From contig JARBAW010000031.1 in assembly GCA_029237505.1 (NCBI GenBank), positions 1 through 49,883 of the forward strand: a DNA stretch of 49,883 bases. The letters are read 5' to 3'. The notes beneath the pieces are model-generated. The model had not been told where the DNA came from and made no database searches. It saw only the letters and a program-made list of their open reading frames with translations. This document shows positions 39,687-49,883 of the stretch, one piece after another; within the stretch, counting starts at the first letter, position 1, and each line of letters starts with the position of its first letter. The stretch comes from Nitrososphaerales archaeon. GTDB taxonomy: Archaea; Thermoproteota; Nitrososphaeria; Nitrososphaerales; Nitrososphaeraceae. A program made the translations under genes and the position numbers.

Positions 39687-40259
39687 GTGACAAAAAAATT
39701 AGTCGAAGATACCGATGCAAACATGACGACACGAGTTCTTGTTAGAGATATTATGAATAGTCCTGTTATCACAGCTGGTCCAAGTGACCATGTTGTCGAC
39801 ATTGCAGTGAAAATGAATGAAAATAACGTAGGCAGCATAATTATAACTGAAAATGAAAAACCGGTTGGTATTGTTACTGACTGGGACGTCGTATCTAAGG
39901 TGATAGCAAAGAATTCAGATCCATCATTAATTGAAGCTGGAAGAGTAATGCAACCAATACATACTGTAGAAGCCGGAGAGGGTATAACTGAAGCGGCTCG
40001 CATTTTACGAAAATTCAATATCAAGAGACTTGGCGTTGTCTATAAAGACAGATTAGCAGGTATTATTTCTAGCTCAGATGTTATCGCAGTAACTCCAGAA
40101 TTAGTTGATGTTGTCTCGGAGAAGGCAGCCATGATTCGAGGAGAGATTGGAAGACCTGCATCAGCCATTTCAGGTTATTGTGACGAGTGTAGCGAATGGT
40201 CCGACATGTTGATGTACTCTGAAGGCACGTTCACCTGTGAAGTATGTAGAGGATCATAG
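39687..40259 (+). CDS. CBS-pair protein with C-terminal Zn ribbon
   Basis: VRDIMNSPV, VGIVTDWD, GIISSSDV and CDEC...CEVC. Confidence 0.9.
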   Translation: MTKKLVEDTDANMTTRVLVRDIMNSPVITAGPSDHVVDIAVKMNENNVGSIIITENEKPVGIVTDWDVVSKVIAKNSDPSLIEAGRVMQPIHTVEAGEGITEAARILRKFNIKRLGVVYKDRLAGIISSSDVIAVTPELVDVVSEKAAMIRGEIGRPASAISGYCDECSEWSDMLMYSEGTFTCEVCRGS

Positions 40260-40399
40260 TGACCAAGTTTTGAATATTTGAACATCGATTGTTCTGATCC
40301 ATGCAATACTAATTAGAAATTGGGATGACTTGTCCTAATTTTGTTTTTGGAGAAATCTTATCAAAAGATTAAAATCACGTAGTTCCGAAAAAATAATGA

Positions 40400-41011
40400 A
40401 TGAGTTCAAATTCTTTAGAGAGAACAATTGATAAAGTTCTTTCACAAAAAGAATCCGCGTTAATTTCCGAAATTGAATCTGCACTTCAAAATTCACTAAA
40501 AAATTTAGAATCTTCTAAGAGCAGTCTGCAAGTTGAATATGACAATATTATTGAATCATCAAAAAAGCAGGCAGAAAATCTAAAGCGTCAAATAATTGGT
40601 TCTAGTACATTGAATGCTAGAAATAAAGAATTAGTTATCATCGAATCAGCTATTGACGAAATTTTTGATAAAGCTAAGGAAAAACTTTCAAAAAGCAATA
40701 ACGAGAAAAATTATGAACGACTATTAACACGAATGATACAAGATAGTACTACAAAGTTAGGTTCTGAAATTATAATACAGTGTAATAAAACTGACTTGAG
40801 CCTGGTAAAGAAGTTAGTATCACAAGAAGCTTCCAATAAGAAATCGAAAATAACCGTATCTGATGAAGCGGTTGATATTATTGGCGGAATAAAGGCAGTT
40901 TCAGTAGATGGAACAATGAGCTTGGATAACACACTTGACTCAAATATAGAAAGTCTCAAACCTTTAATAAGGAAAGAAATAGTCCAACTGCTTAGAGGCG
41001 AAAATAAGTAG
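40400..41011 (+). CDS. atpE: A1Ao ATP synthase subunit E
   Basis: Long N-terminal helix, IIGGIKA..DG..LDNT and position in the operon. Confidence 0.9.
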   Translation: MSSNSLERTIDKVLSQKESALISEIESALQNSLKNLESSKSSLQVEYDNIIESSKKQAENLKRQIIGSSTLNARNKELVIIESAIDEIFDKAKEKLSKSNNEKNYERLLTRMIQDSTTKLGSEIIIQCNKTDLSLVKKLVSQEASNKKSKITVSDEAVDIIGGIKAVSVDGTMSLDNTLDSNIESLKPLIRKEIVQLLRGENK

Positions 41012-42796
41012 ATGGTAGCAAAAGGAAGAATAGTTTGGGTTAGTGGTCCAGCAGTTAAAGCCGATGGTATGTCATCAGTAAAAATGTATGAGACAGTCGA
41101 AGTCGGTGACTCAAAATTAATTGGTGAGGTTATTAGGTTAACAGGAGATGTAGCTTTTATTCAAGTCTATGAATCTACATCTGGTCTTAAGCCTGGTGAA
41201 GATGTATCCGGTACTGGTCAACCACTTTCAGTTCTTTTAGGTCCAGGTATTATTGGGAGAATTTATGATGGCATTCAGAGACCCTTGGATGATATTGCCG
41301 AAAAATCTGGAGCGTTCATTGGTAGGGGGATTACTACTACTCCTGTTGATATGAAGAAGAAATATACATTTACCCCTTCGGTGAAAAAAGGTGATACAAT
41401 TCTTGGGGGCTCAATTCTTGGCGCAGTTGAAGAAACTCCACTTTTAACTCATAAAATTTTAGTTCCACCAAATTATCCCGAGGCAACTATTACTGAAATT
41501 GTCAAGGAAGGGGAATATGATCTAGAACATATTATTGGACAGGCTAGCAGCAAGAATGGTGACAAGATTGAATTAAAGATGTATCACAAATGGCCTGTTA
41601 GAAAGCCACGTCCATATCTTGAAAGATTCGATCCTACAGTACCGCTGGTTACTGGACAGAGGATTATTGACACTTATTTCCCGATTGCAAAAGGTGGGAC
41701 TGGCGCTATTCCAGGTGGATTCGGAACTGGAAAGACTGTTACATTGCATCAAATTGCCAAATGGGCAGATTCTAAGGTTGTTGTCTACATTGGCTGTGGA
41801 GAAAGAGGTAACGAAATGACAGAGGTACTTGTTGAATTTCCACACTTGATTGATCCAAGATCTCAGAGACCTTTGATGGAAAGAACGGTTCTTGTAGCTA
41901 ATACCAGTAATATGCCTGTTGCCGCTAGAGAAGCATCCATCTATACGGGTGTTACTATGGCAGAGTACTATAGAGATATGGGTTACGATGTAGTACTTGT
42001 TGCTGACTCTACAAGTAGATGGGCCGAGGCGTTGAGAGAAATGTCAGGTCGATTGGAAGAAATGCCTGCTGAAGAGGGTTACCCATCATATTTGGCATCA
42101 AGGCTTGCAGAATTTTATGAGAGAGCGGGCAGAATTAGGGCGCTTGGTTCACCAGATCGTTCTGGATCAGTAACACTAGTTGGCGCAGTATCTCCATCAG
42201 GAGCTGATTTTACTGAACCGGTCACAACCCATACAATTAGATTTATCAAGACATTTTGGGCACTAGATACCAGGTTAGCGTATTCCAGACACTATCCATC
42301 GATTAATTGGATGCAGTCTTACTCTGGTTATCTTGAAGATATTTCCAAATGGTGGAAAGAAAACGTAAGCCCTGACTGGTATGACCTGAGAGCTGAATCA
42401 TATCATATTTTGCAACGTGAGGACACGCTAAAAGAAATCGTCAGATTGTTAGGACCAGAAGCGCTTCCAGATGAGGAGAAACTGGTTTTGGAAGTTGCTA
42501 GAATGCTAAAGATAGGAATCTTGCAGCAAAACTCTTTTGATAAAGTTGATACCTATTGCGGTCCAGCCAAACAACTAAAATTGGTTCGACTTATGGTAAT
42601 GTTCTATAAAGAAGCACAAAAGGCTCTTAAGGAAGGAAAATCCTTGGCAGATATCAGAGCTTTGCCGATAATTACAACACTGTTAAAAGCAAAATTTGAA
42701 GTTACTGATGAGGAGATTTCTAAACTGGAAGAAATAGAAAAGCAACTGTCTGATTCGTTCAAAGGTAACATTGAGGAGGTAAAGGTCTCTGTCTAA
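41012..42796 (+). CDS. atpA: A1Ao ATP synthase subunit A
   Basis: GGFGTGKT P-loop, [18 protein letters not shown]. No intein. Confidence 0.98.
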   Translation: MVAKGRIVWVSGPAVKADGMSSVKMYETVEVGDSKLIGEVIRLTGDVAFIQVYESTSGLKPGEDVSGTGQPLSVLLGPGIIGRIYDGIQRPLDDIAEKSGAFIGRGITTTPVDMKKKYTFTPSVKKGDTILGGSILGAVEETPLLTHKILVPPNYPEATITEIVKEGEYDLEHIIGQASSKNGDKIELKMYHKWPVRKPRPYLERFDPTVPLVTGQRIIDTYFPIAKGGTGAIPGGFGTGKTVTLHQIAKWADSKVVVYIGCGERGNEMTEVLVEFPHLIDPRSQRPLMERTVLVANTSNMPVAAREASIYTGVTMAEYYRDMGYDVVLVADSTSRWAEALREMSGRLEEMPAEEGYPSYLASRLAEFYERAGRIRALGSPDRSGSVTLVGAVSPSGADFTEPVTTHTIRFIKTFWALDTRLAYSRHYPSINWMQSYSGYLEDISKWWKENVSPDWYDLRAESYHILQREDTLKEIVRLLGPEALPDEEKLVLEVARMLKIGILQQNSFDKVDTYCGPAKQLKLVRLMVMFYKEAQKALKEGKSLADIRALPIITTLLKAKFEVTDEEISKLEEIEKQLSDSFKGNIEEVKVSV

Positions 42797-44177
42797 AACA
42801 ACTGGAATCGAATATACGAAAATAGCCGAAATAAAAGGGCCACTTATGATAGTAGATGGTGTCACAAAAGCTTCGTTCGATGAACTCGTAGAAATTGAAA
42901 CAAATGATGGTGAAAGGCGTTTAGGAAAAGTTCTTGAAGTAGGAAGTGGCAAAGCGGTAGTTCAAGTTTTCGAAGGGACAACAGGATTAGCCATAACTGG
43001 AACTAGAGTAAAGTTCCTCGGAAAAACAATGGTCATGCCAGTATCTCAAGAATTGCTTGGACGAGTTTTTGATGGTCTGGGAAGACCAAATGACGGTTTG
43101 CCAGATCCGGTTGCTGATAAATTCCTTGATGTCAATGGAGAACCGATGAATCCTCAGAGCAGGGAATATCCTACATCGTTCATCCAAACTGGAGTGTCTG
43201 TAATTGACGGAATGTTAACGCTGGTCAGGGGTCAAAAGCTGCCGATTTTTTCGGGCTCTGGAATGTCCCACAACATTTTAGCAGCTCAGATTGCACGTCA
43301 GGCAACTGTCGTGGGTACAAATGAAGACTTTGCTGTGGTATTTGCAGCGATTGGTGTCCAGTATTCTGAAGCTCAATATTTCAAGAGGAGTCTGGAAGAA
43401 TCAGGAGCTTTGAAACGAAGTGTATTATTTGTTAATCTTGCAGATGATCCTGCTATTGAAAGGATAATTACACCAAGAGTTGCTTTGACGGTGGCTGAAT
43501 ATCTTGCATTTGATCTAGGGATGCATGTATTAGCGATACTAACTGATATGACCAATTATGCAGAAGCTCTTAGAGAGATAAGTGCTGCAAGAGAAGAAGT
43601 TCCAGGTCGAAAAGGTTATCCAGGATATCTGTATACTGACTTGGCGAATAATTATGAAAGGGCCGGAAGAATAAAAGGGAAAAATGGCAGTGTTACTCAA
43701 ATGCCAATTCTTTCAATGCCTGCAGATGACATTACACATCCAATACCTGACTTGACAGGTTATATCACCGAAGGACAGGTAGTCCTCGGAAGGGATCTAT
43801 TTAGGAAGGGAATTTATCCACCAGTTAATGTAATGATGTCTCTTTCTAGATTGATGAAAGATGGCGTAGGTGAAGGTAAAACCAGATCTGATCACATGGA
43901 AGTTGGGAATCAGTTGTATGATGCGTATTCAAGGGCGCAGGAAGTCAGAGCACTGGCAGAAATTGTCGGCAAGGCAGGTTTAACCGGAGTCGATTTGAAA
44001 TATCTTGATGCTGGTGATAGTTTTGAAACTCACTTTTTGAAACAAAGTCCTGATGAAAATAGAAATTTGGACGAGACCCTAAGCAGAGCATGGGACATTT
44101 TAGCAACTTTACCAGAAGGCGAACTGACCAAAATAAAAGACAAGCACATTCAACAATATTATAAAGGAAACAAATAA
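42789..44177 (+). CDS. atpB: A1Ao ATP synthase subunit B (probable CTG start at 42789; ORF-track ATG at 42846)
   Basis: [19 protein letters not shown] and [11 protein letters not shown]. The conserved [12 protein letters not shown] lies upstream of the ATG. Confidence 0.95.
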   Translation: MSKTTGIEYTKIAEIKGPLMIVDGVTKASFDELVEIETNDGERRLGKVLEVGSGKAVVQVFEGTTGLAITGTRVKFLGKTMVMPVSQELLGRVFDGLGRPNDGLPDPVADKFLDVNGEPMNPQSREYPTSFIQTGVSVIDGMLTLVRGQKLPIFSGSGMSHNILAAQIARQATVVGTNEDFAVVFAAIGVQYSEAQYFKRSLEESGALKRSVLFVNLADDPAIERIITPRVALTVAEYLAFDLGMHVLAILTDMTNYAEALREISAAREEVPGRKGYPGYLYTDLANNYERAGRIKGKNGSVTQMPILSMPADDITHPIPDLTGYITEGQVVLGRDLFRKGIYPPVNVMMSLSRLMKDGVGEGKTRSDHMEVGNQLYDAYSRAQEVRALAEIVGKAGLTGVDLKYLDAGDSFETHFLKQSPDENRNLDETLSRAWDILATLPEGELTKIKDKHIQQYYKGNK

Positions 44178-44195
44178 TCTACAAGTTCATCGAAA

Positions 44196-44846
44196 ATGTC
44201 TTTTGGTAAAAATGTAACTGCAACAAAAATCGAACTAATTAAGATTAGGAGATCGTTGCAGGTTAGTACCATGGTACACAAAATCCTTGATGATAAGAGA
44301 GAAGTGCTATTAAAAAAAATTGATGAAATGATAGAAGAAGCTAACAAGACAAGAGGTGATATCTGGTCTCCTTTATCTGAAATTTATTCTGCGGTTTATG
44401 ATTCCTACATGTCTCTTGGAACATCAACATTAGAATCAATATCAGATTCAACCCCTGGGATAATGGAAGTAAACGTTGATGTTAGGAGAATTGTTGATGT
44501 CAAGATACCTACTTTGCAAATAAAGACCAAGGAGTCTGGACAGGATCTTTCTTATGGATTTTCGGAAACAAACGTGTATGTCGACAAGGCTTCCAAGTTG
44601 ATAAAGAATATGCTTCCACAAATATGTAAGGCTGCAGAGTATGAAAACGCAATATTTAGTCTAGCCAAGGAGCTTGAAAAAACACAAAAACTAATCAATG
44701 CACTTGAATTTGTGATAATTCCACAATATCAGCATGCTATATCCTTCATTAAGGGAACATTGGAAGAACGTGAAAGAGAGGAATTTGTAAGACTCAAAAA
44801 AGTTAAAGTGGTTCTAGACAAGAAAAAGAATATAGAGTACACTTGA
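44196..44846 (+). CDS. atpD: A1Ao ATP synthase subunit D
   Basis: TKIELIKIRR, LDDKREVL, NALEFVIIP and LEEREREEF. Confidence 0.96.
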   Translation: MSFGKNVTATKIELIKIRRSLQVSTMVHKILDDKREVLLKKIDEMIEEANKTRGDIWSPLSEIYSAVYDSYMSLGTSTLESISDSTPGIMEVNVDVRRIVDVKIPTLQIKTKESGQDLSYGFSETNVYVDKASKLIKNMLPQICKAAEYENAIFSLAKELEKTQKLINALEFVIIPQYQHAISFIKGTLEEREREEFVRLKKVKVVLDKKKNIEYT

Positions 44847-44858
44847 TATTGAATATCT

Positions 44859-45005
44859 ATGGCAGCAAGCGAGATGGATAACAATATTATCGCAGAGTAT
44901 TTTAGAAAATCAAAACAAAACCTACAGTCAGAACATGATTCTATGATTGAGAATGTAAAAAATGACATTTCCTCTTGCAAGAAAAAAGCAATGTCAAATG
45001 TTTAA
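44859..45005 (+). CDS. 48-aa helical protein, probable small ATP synthase subunit (Sulfolobus epsilon-like / short H-like)
   Basis: Manual translation MAASEMDNNIIAEYFRKSKQNLQSEHDSMIENVKNDISSCKKKAMSNV, starting 12 nt after the atpD stop. Confidence 0.65.
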   Translation: MAASEMDNNIIAEYFRKSKQNLQSEHDSMIENVKNDISSCKKKAMSNV

Positions 45006-45238
45006 GTCAAAGTGCATTTTTGCTGATATGTAGAGCAAACTTAACTATCAATAAATTCACTTTACCAATAAAATCTAATTGGAAATTTCTTGGTATCATG
45101 TGTTAAAAATTCGGATATTTTCAATATAGATATTGCCTCTTTCTTCAATGGATTCTTGTTAATTCTACATCAAATCTTGTAAATTTCTAAACCTAGTTAG
45201 TTATAATTAAATATGGCCTTCAATTTTGGAACCACTGT

Positions 45239-45571
45239 ATGATGATTGTTAACAGAGAAAAAATTAGTATTATTCTTCTGACCGTTGCTCTTACCTCTAG
45301 CATACTATTCTTGTATAATAACTCGGTCTATGCTCAAGCGGGAACAGAAGGCTCCTCCGACGCAGGTTCCTCCAAACTTATTGGTGCAGGTATGGCCTTT
45401 GGACTTGCTGCAGCTGGATCAGGAATAGGTTTAGGATTCGTAGGTGCTGCAGGTTTAGCCGCCATTAGCGATAATCCAAAGATGCAATCAAGAGTCTTCA
45501 TTTTCGTAGGTATGGTAGAATCAATTGCAATCTATGGTATTGTCATGATGTTCATTATCTTGGGTCAATGA
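45239..45571 (+). CDS. atpK: A1Ao ATP synthase proteolipid subunit K/c
   Basis: Gly/Ala-rich hairpin with the GMVESIAIYG ion-binding Glu and an N-terminal signal-like extension. Confidence 0.95.
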   Translation: MMIVNREKISIILLTVALTSSILFLYNNSVYAQAGTEGSSDAGSSKLIGAGMAFGLAAAGSGIGLGFVGAAGLAAISDNPKMQSRVFIFVGMVESIAIYGIVMMFIILGQ

Positions 45572-45821
45572 GGAATTTTATACCTCTCCCAACGAGATCC
45601 TTTTTTTCAAGTTTAACGCCTTAGAAACGTCTTTAGACTTTAGAGAGCGACTTTTGATAACGTAAAATTTTTTGTCCATGAAATTATTCCTATCATTGGG
45701 AAATGAAATTTTGAGAATTCACAAGGCATTGTAAATGACAATATGTGCTGACTTGCTGATTATTGGGAAATTTAAAAGGGAAAGATTTTAAGGAGAATTA
45801 GTAATCAAACAGCTCAGTACT

Positions 45822-47915
45822 ATGGGACAGGCCAAGCTCTTAAAGACAACATTGATTCTGCCAAGAGTTGAAACTCATGAAGCAGTAAGCAAGTTGGCGG
45901 AATTGGAGTGGTTTCATACTTTGCAGAATCCCTCTGAACATAGTAATTCATACTTTGATGACCTTCTGTTAAATGCTCAAAAATTATTTCAAGAAGTTGA
46001 TGAAGTCATTAGATCCTTGGGGATTTCACTTGAAACTGGTGTAATGGCGACTCTCTTTAAGGGTGCTCCTCAGGAAAAAACTGATTACAAGATTGATGAT
46101 ATTCAAAATTTCATTCTTGAATTAGAAAGTAAGAGCAAGGCTCTGTTGGCAGAACCGGTTTCTTTACTAAAGACTCAACAGCAAGTCGAGAAGGATCTTG
46201 AGGAATATCGTAATGCCTTAGACGCAATAGGGAGTGCTTCAAAACTCAAGATGGATTTATCTGGTTTACGTAACTTGAAGACATTTTTTGCAGAAATTTT
46301 CATTATCAATTCAAAGGACCTTCATGAAATTCAAAATAGTTTGGGCGACCTAATTGTTCATCCAGTTAAGCTTAACGATGAAAAGTCATCTATTATCGTC
46401 ATAGGATCACAAGAAGATTCAGAAAAAATAATGAAAGTGCTTAGAAGCTTTAATGTGCATCCTATCCAGATTCCATCAGACTTGCCACAAAACCCGAGTT
46501 CTGCTTACGACATGTGCCAAAAGACGACAAAGGAGCTAGAAAAGAAAAATACAGAGCTTACAAAGAGACTTGAAAAATTAAAGATTGCAATCCTTCCTAA
46601 ATTACTCTCATTATACGAATCATCAAAAACAGCCAAGGATATTTTGGAAATAACTCGCAAACCAGCTGGTACAAAGAATTTTGCTGTTATTCAAGGTTAT
46701 ATTCCAGTAGGTATGGAAAATAAGTTCAAAGAACTTACGGATAGATATATCTCTATTACAGAACCAGTTAAACTTGATGGTGATTCTTCCAATCAGCTTC
46801 CTACTTTACTTGTCAATAATCGATATGCAAAGACTTTTGAAGTAATAACCGAAACCCAAGGACTTCCCAACTATGGAGAAGTAGATCCCACACCAATTAT
46901 TGCCTACGTATGGCCCGTCTTTTATGGCGTTATGTTTGGAGACCTAGGACATGGTCTTCTGCTTTTTGGCTTGGGAATGTTCCTCCGATATAGGGGTATT
47001 GGAAATCTAAAGACATGGGCTACATTATTAGCGGCCAGTGGTGCCGCAGCTAGTATCGCAGGTTTAGGTACAGGTGAGATGTTTGGTTTTCACATAGATG
47101 AGATAGCAATATTATCGCATGTTTTTGAACCGCTGGGTCCACTTATCGGAGCTCTAAACGTTTCTGAATTAACATTTGACCAGGTAATAAAAATACTCAA
47201 AGTTTCAGTTGCTATAGGTATCGTGCATTTGTTGATGGCAATGTTCCTGAAACTAAGGCATGATATCCTAGAAAAAAATAAACTGCTTATTCTGACTCAT
47301 GATATTCCTTCAATTGTTCAATTTCTTGCAGTAGTTGCATTGATACTAGCAGCTATTGGATCAGGGTATGATATCATCGGAATGTTTGGAGTAACAGGAG
47401 TTATTCATAACGAACCAGTACCGTGGTTGACATTCTTATTCGGTGATTGGGTAACGGTTGACTTTGTTGCAAAGGCTACTCCTCCAATAATATTTGCTAC
47501 AGTGGGAGTTATGATACTTGGAGGCAAAAAAGAGCAGGAACATGCTGCAAAGCTTGGTCATGATGAAGGTGGTGGATTGATGGGAATTGTAATTGAAGTA
47601 ATTCTGGTAAGGATAATTGAAGTTCTGTCTAATGTAATAAGTTATACTAGAATTGGAATTATGCTTCTAGTACATGCAGCATTGTTGGTAACGGTTAACC
47701 AATCATATGAGAGTGGAGGCGGGCTGGCTGTTTTAATCGGCGGTAATATTGGCATTATGCTAATTGAAGGATTAATTGTATACATTCAAACAATCAGATT
47801 GCATCTTTACGAATGGTTCCCAAAATGGTATAGGGGAGAAGGAGTTGGATTTAAAAAACTAATTCCAGATATGTTATATTCAAATCTAAAGTGGTCTGGC
47901 AAGCGATCTAAATAA
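45822..47915 (+). CDS. atpI: A1Ao ATP synthase subunit I/a
   Basis: PNYGEVDPT, MFGDLGHG, SNVISYTRI (essential Arg) and IRLHLYEWF. Confidence 0.96.
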   Translation: MGQAKLLKTTLILPRVETHEAVSKLAELEWFHTLQNPSEHSNSYFDDLLLNAQKLFQEVDEVIRSLGISLETGVMATLFKGAPQEKTDYKIDDIQNFILELESKSKALLAEPVSLLKTQQQVEKDLEEYRNALDAIGSASKLKMDLSGLRNLKTFFAEIFIINSKDLHEIQNSLGDLIVHPVKLNDEKSSIIVIGSQEDSEKIMKVLRSFNVHPIQIPSDLPQNPSSAYDMCQKTTKELEKKNTELTKRLEKLKIAILPKLLSLYESSKTAKDILEITRKPAGTKNFAVIQGYIPVGMENKFKELTDRYISITEPVKLDGDSSNQLPTLLVNNRYAKTFEVITETQGLPNYGEVDPTPIIAYVWPVFYGVMFGDLGHGLLLFGLGMFLRYRGIGNLKTWATLLAASGAAASIAGLGTGEMFGFHIDEIAILSHVFEPLGPLIGALNVSELTFDQVIKILKVSVAIGIVHLLMAMFLKLRHDILEKNKLLILTHDIPSIVQFLAVVALILAAIGSGYDIIGMFGVTGVIHNEPVPWLTFLFGDWVTVDFVAKATPPIIFATVGVMILGGKKEQEHAAKLGHDEGGGLMGIVIEVILVRIIEVLSNVISYTRIGIMLLVHAALLVTVNQSYESGGGLAVLIGGNIGIMLIEGLIVYIQTIRLHLYEWFPKWYRGEGVGFKKLIPDMLYSNLKWSGKRSK

Positions 47916-48009
47916 GAGAATTATTCGCATTAATAAAAATCGGTTCCTGCGAACCATGGCGAAGAACTCTGGCTTTGCAGAATTTCTTTGTATTTGGAAA
48001 TAGGTAGTT

Positions 48010-49062
48010 CTATGCGATATTAATCAGTTTTGAAACTATTGTTTCTCCTGGAATCTTCTGTTCTACTCCAGATGCTATTGCTGATAAATTTCTGACCTCA
48101 ACCATGATAAGTTTTAGAGCAGCAAGGACAATACCAACGCTAAACATAGTTCTGAATGCTGATTGTGCTCGCTTTAATGCAATTTCTTCGAAACCCTTTT
48201 CAATTTGTAATATCGCGTCTATATCACTTGTTTGACTTTGTGGAACAATATCTTTATACACCGTGTTGGAAAGCTCCCCAATTGCCTCTGATATTTTTTC
48301 AGTGTTTATCATCTTTTGAATTATATCCTTAGTAACTTTGGAGGTGGTAGCTACAATCAAATTATTTATCTCCTCGGGAGGTAAATTCCAGAATTTTCCT
48401 CGAAGTACAGCTAGTACATTATAAGAGTCAATGTCAACAGATACAATGTTTTTTGCCTCCAGAGATTGAGATTCTGTATTCATTGCCCTGCCCAAATCAT
48501 GATAGAAAACGTGATCAAGATACACATCAAAAATTCTAACATCTCCCTTATCCTTGAATATGGCGGCTGCCTTTGTAACATCCTCTGCAAATTCGCTACC
48601 AGCGAGAGAAGAGACAGCCTCATCTAACGTCTTTGAAACCAGCGCTTTAACAACTAGATCACGTCGACCAACTAGTTCTTCTGCCCTCAAATTTACTTTG
48701 GGCAACAATTCGTCATATGATTTCCCAAGCGCCTTACCTTTTAGTATCATCTTCAAGTTCCAGGTGATGTGTTTTACAAAATATGCGCTAAGTATTCTAG
48801 CTCCCCCTGAAACATTGACCATTTTTGCATGTGTATTGACCAAATATTCTTTCAATGCATTTTCAATCTTATCTGCAGTGTAGGGCTTTGTGAGCTTGGC
48901 TAAAGCATCAAGATAAACAGTATTCTTCATTCTCGTCACCAGTTCATCCATGTCTCTAGCCTCTGTCAGCATTTGGAGTTCATTCTTTGTTAACATCCTT
49001 CCCTTTACTCCATGAGACATTACGGTTCCAAAAATTTTGCCTGGCATGCTAACTTTGCTCAT
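48010..49062 (-). CDS. atpC: A1Ao ATP synthase subunit C/d
   Basis: KGRMLT, NLKMILKGK, IDSYNVLAVLRGK and EVRNLSAIASG. Confidence 0.92.
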   Translation of the reverse strand: MSKVSMPGKIFGTVMSHGVKGRMLTKNELQMLTEARDMDELVTRMKNTVYLDALAKLTKPYTADKIENALKEYLVNTHAKMVNVSGGARILSAYFVKHITWNLKMILKGKALGKSYDELLPKVNLRAEELVGRRDLVVKALVSKTLDEAVSSLAGSEFAEDVTKAAAIFKDKGDVRIFDVYLDHVFYHDLGRAMNTESQSLEAKNIVSVDIDSYNVLAVLRGKFWNLPPEEINNLIVATTSKVTKDIIQKMINTEKISEAIGELSNTVYKDIVPQSQTSDIDAILQIEKGFEEIALKRAQSAFRTMFSVGIVLAALKLIMVEVRNLSAIASGVEQKIPGETIVSKLINIA

Positions 49063-49359
49063 TGGCTATGACACATCCTTTATCAAAGAATTAATAATTC
49101 TGCATCAATTTTAATCTTGCCTGATAAATCTAGATGAATTTTCTGAACACACAAGCTGCAGGGCAGCTGATGATATCTATGTTGTCAGAATATTGTCTAG
49201 TGAAAATATATCAATACATCTACTCTCCTTATCACTAATTACCAAAGCAAAATCCGTTCAAATGCCGGATCTCCGATAGTATAGACATTACCAACAACAG
49301 TAAAGTAATATCGGGTTCTACACAGTTATGCTAATTAATTGTAACAAAATATGTCAATT

Positions 49360-49620
49360 CTAACTATCAAAAAATGACGATATAGAATGCGATATTGGAT
49401 GAGAAAATCCAAGAGTCATAAAATGAACCGTAAAGCCTATGATTATTCCCATCAATAAATTATCTGTGTGCCAGTAAACTCCTAAAAATATTCCTAAAGC
49501 AGGAACAGTAAATAGTAATGCAAGAACCACACTTGTACTTACCATCTTTATCATAATATCTGGGGTTACATTTTCTATTTTTTGACAAGGAAATTGAAAT
49601 TTTGCGCTTGTTTTTGACAA
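49360..49620 (-). CDS. Small two-TM membrane protein
   Basis: Two hydrophobic segments. The start is uncertain and could be the internal ATG at 49554. Confidence 0.6.
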   Translation of the reverse strand: MSKTSAKFQFPCQKIENVTPDIMIKMVSTSVVLALLFTVPALGIFLGVYWHTDNLLMGIIIGFTVHFMTLGFSHPISHSISSFFDS

Positions 49621-49883
49621 TTGACAAAAAATTTTCTCTATACGCCTGATTTATATATTCACACCACAAAAATTATGAATAATATTCCTATTGCTTGTAG
49701 ATTTTAATTGGATAAGACTTACAATTTGTATTTTGTAATGATAGAATAAACAAATCAATCATAAAAAGCATCGATGAATTGAATTTTGCTGTCTTGCTAT
49801 GATAATCGAAAATAGTTTTTTGTCGTTCAAGTAGAATTGTTAGAAATACGAAATGCTATGACACACAAATTGAATGTTATAAC

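Noticed and set aside
47942-47990. Two short hairpins between convergent atpI and atpC
   Set aside because: Short, imperfect stems that at most contribute to termination.
49154-49192. Hammerhead ribozyme or fluoride riboswitch suggested by GCTGATGA
   Set aside because: There is no stem II or GAAA for a hammerhead. The 5' P1/pseudoknot pairing of the crcB motif does not form, and no crcB-type gene lies downstream.
1342-49669. Numerous 60-120 aa ORFs antisense or out of frame within real genes (e.g. 2198-2563, 17625-17948, 39683-40024, 48554-48883)
   Set aside because: These are shadow ORFs of well-supported genes with no independent motifs.
1-49883. CRISPR arrays, tRNA/rRNA genes, transposases, integrases or defence systems
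   Set aside because: I saw no regularly spaced repeats, tRNA T-loop/D-loop signatures or mobile-element proteins by eye.

Overview
This is a low-GC archaeal chromosomal segment, almost certainly from an ammonia-oxidising thaumarchaeon (Nitrososphaeraceae-like). The lineage call is inferred from Csl4, aIF6, TgtA, ESCRT-III/CdvB, the A1Ao ATP synthase layout and the cobalamin genes. Most of it is core housekeeping: amino-acid and pyrimidine biosynthesis, topoisomerase IA, thiolase/DUF35, class II RNR, cbiT/L/F, RqcH, and the ATP synthase cluster. I found no rRNA, tRNA, CRISPR or transposase. The most interesting system is a wHTH + ATP-cone + catalytically stripped class III RNR (NrdD-like) fusion directly upstream of nrdJ, which is a candidate archaeal nucleotide-sensing regulator. 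Second is a threonine-synthase-like gene coupled to a sulfur-carrier/E1 fusion with an internal Gly-Gly. Other highlights are a probable CTG start for atpB, a missed epsilon-like ATP synthase subunit, an EMC6-like protein, several microproteins absent from the ORF track, a tandem PadR operator and three structured intergenic elements. All family calls come from motif recognition by eye; no database searches were run.
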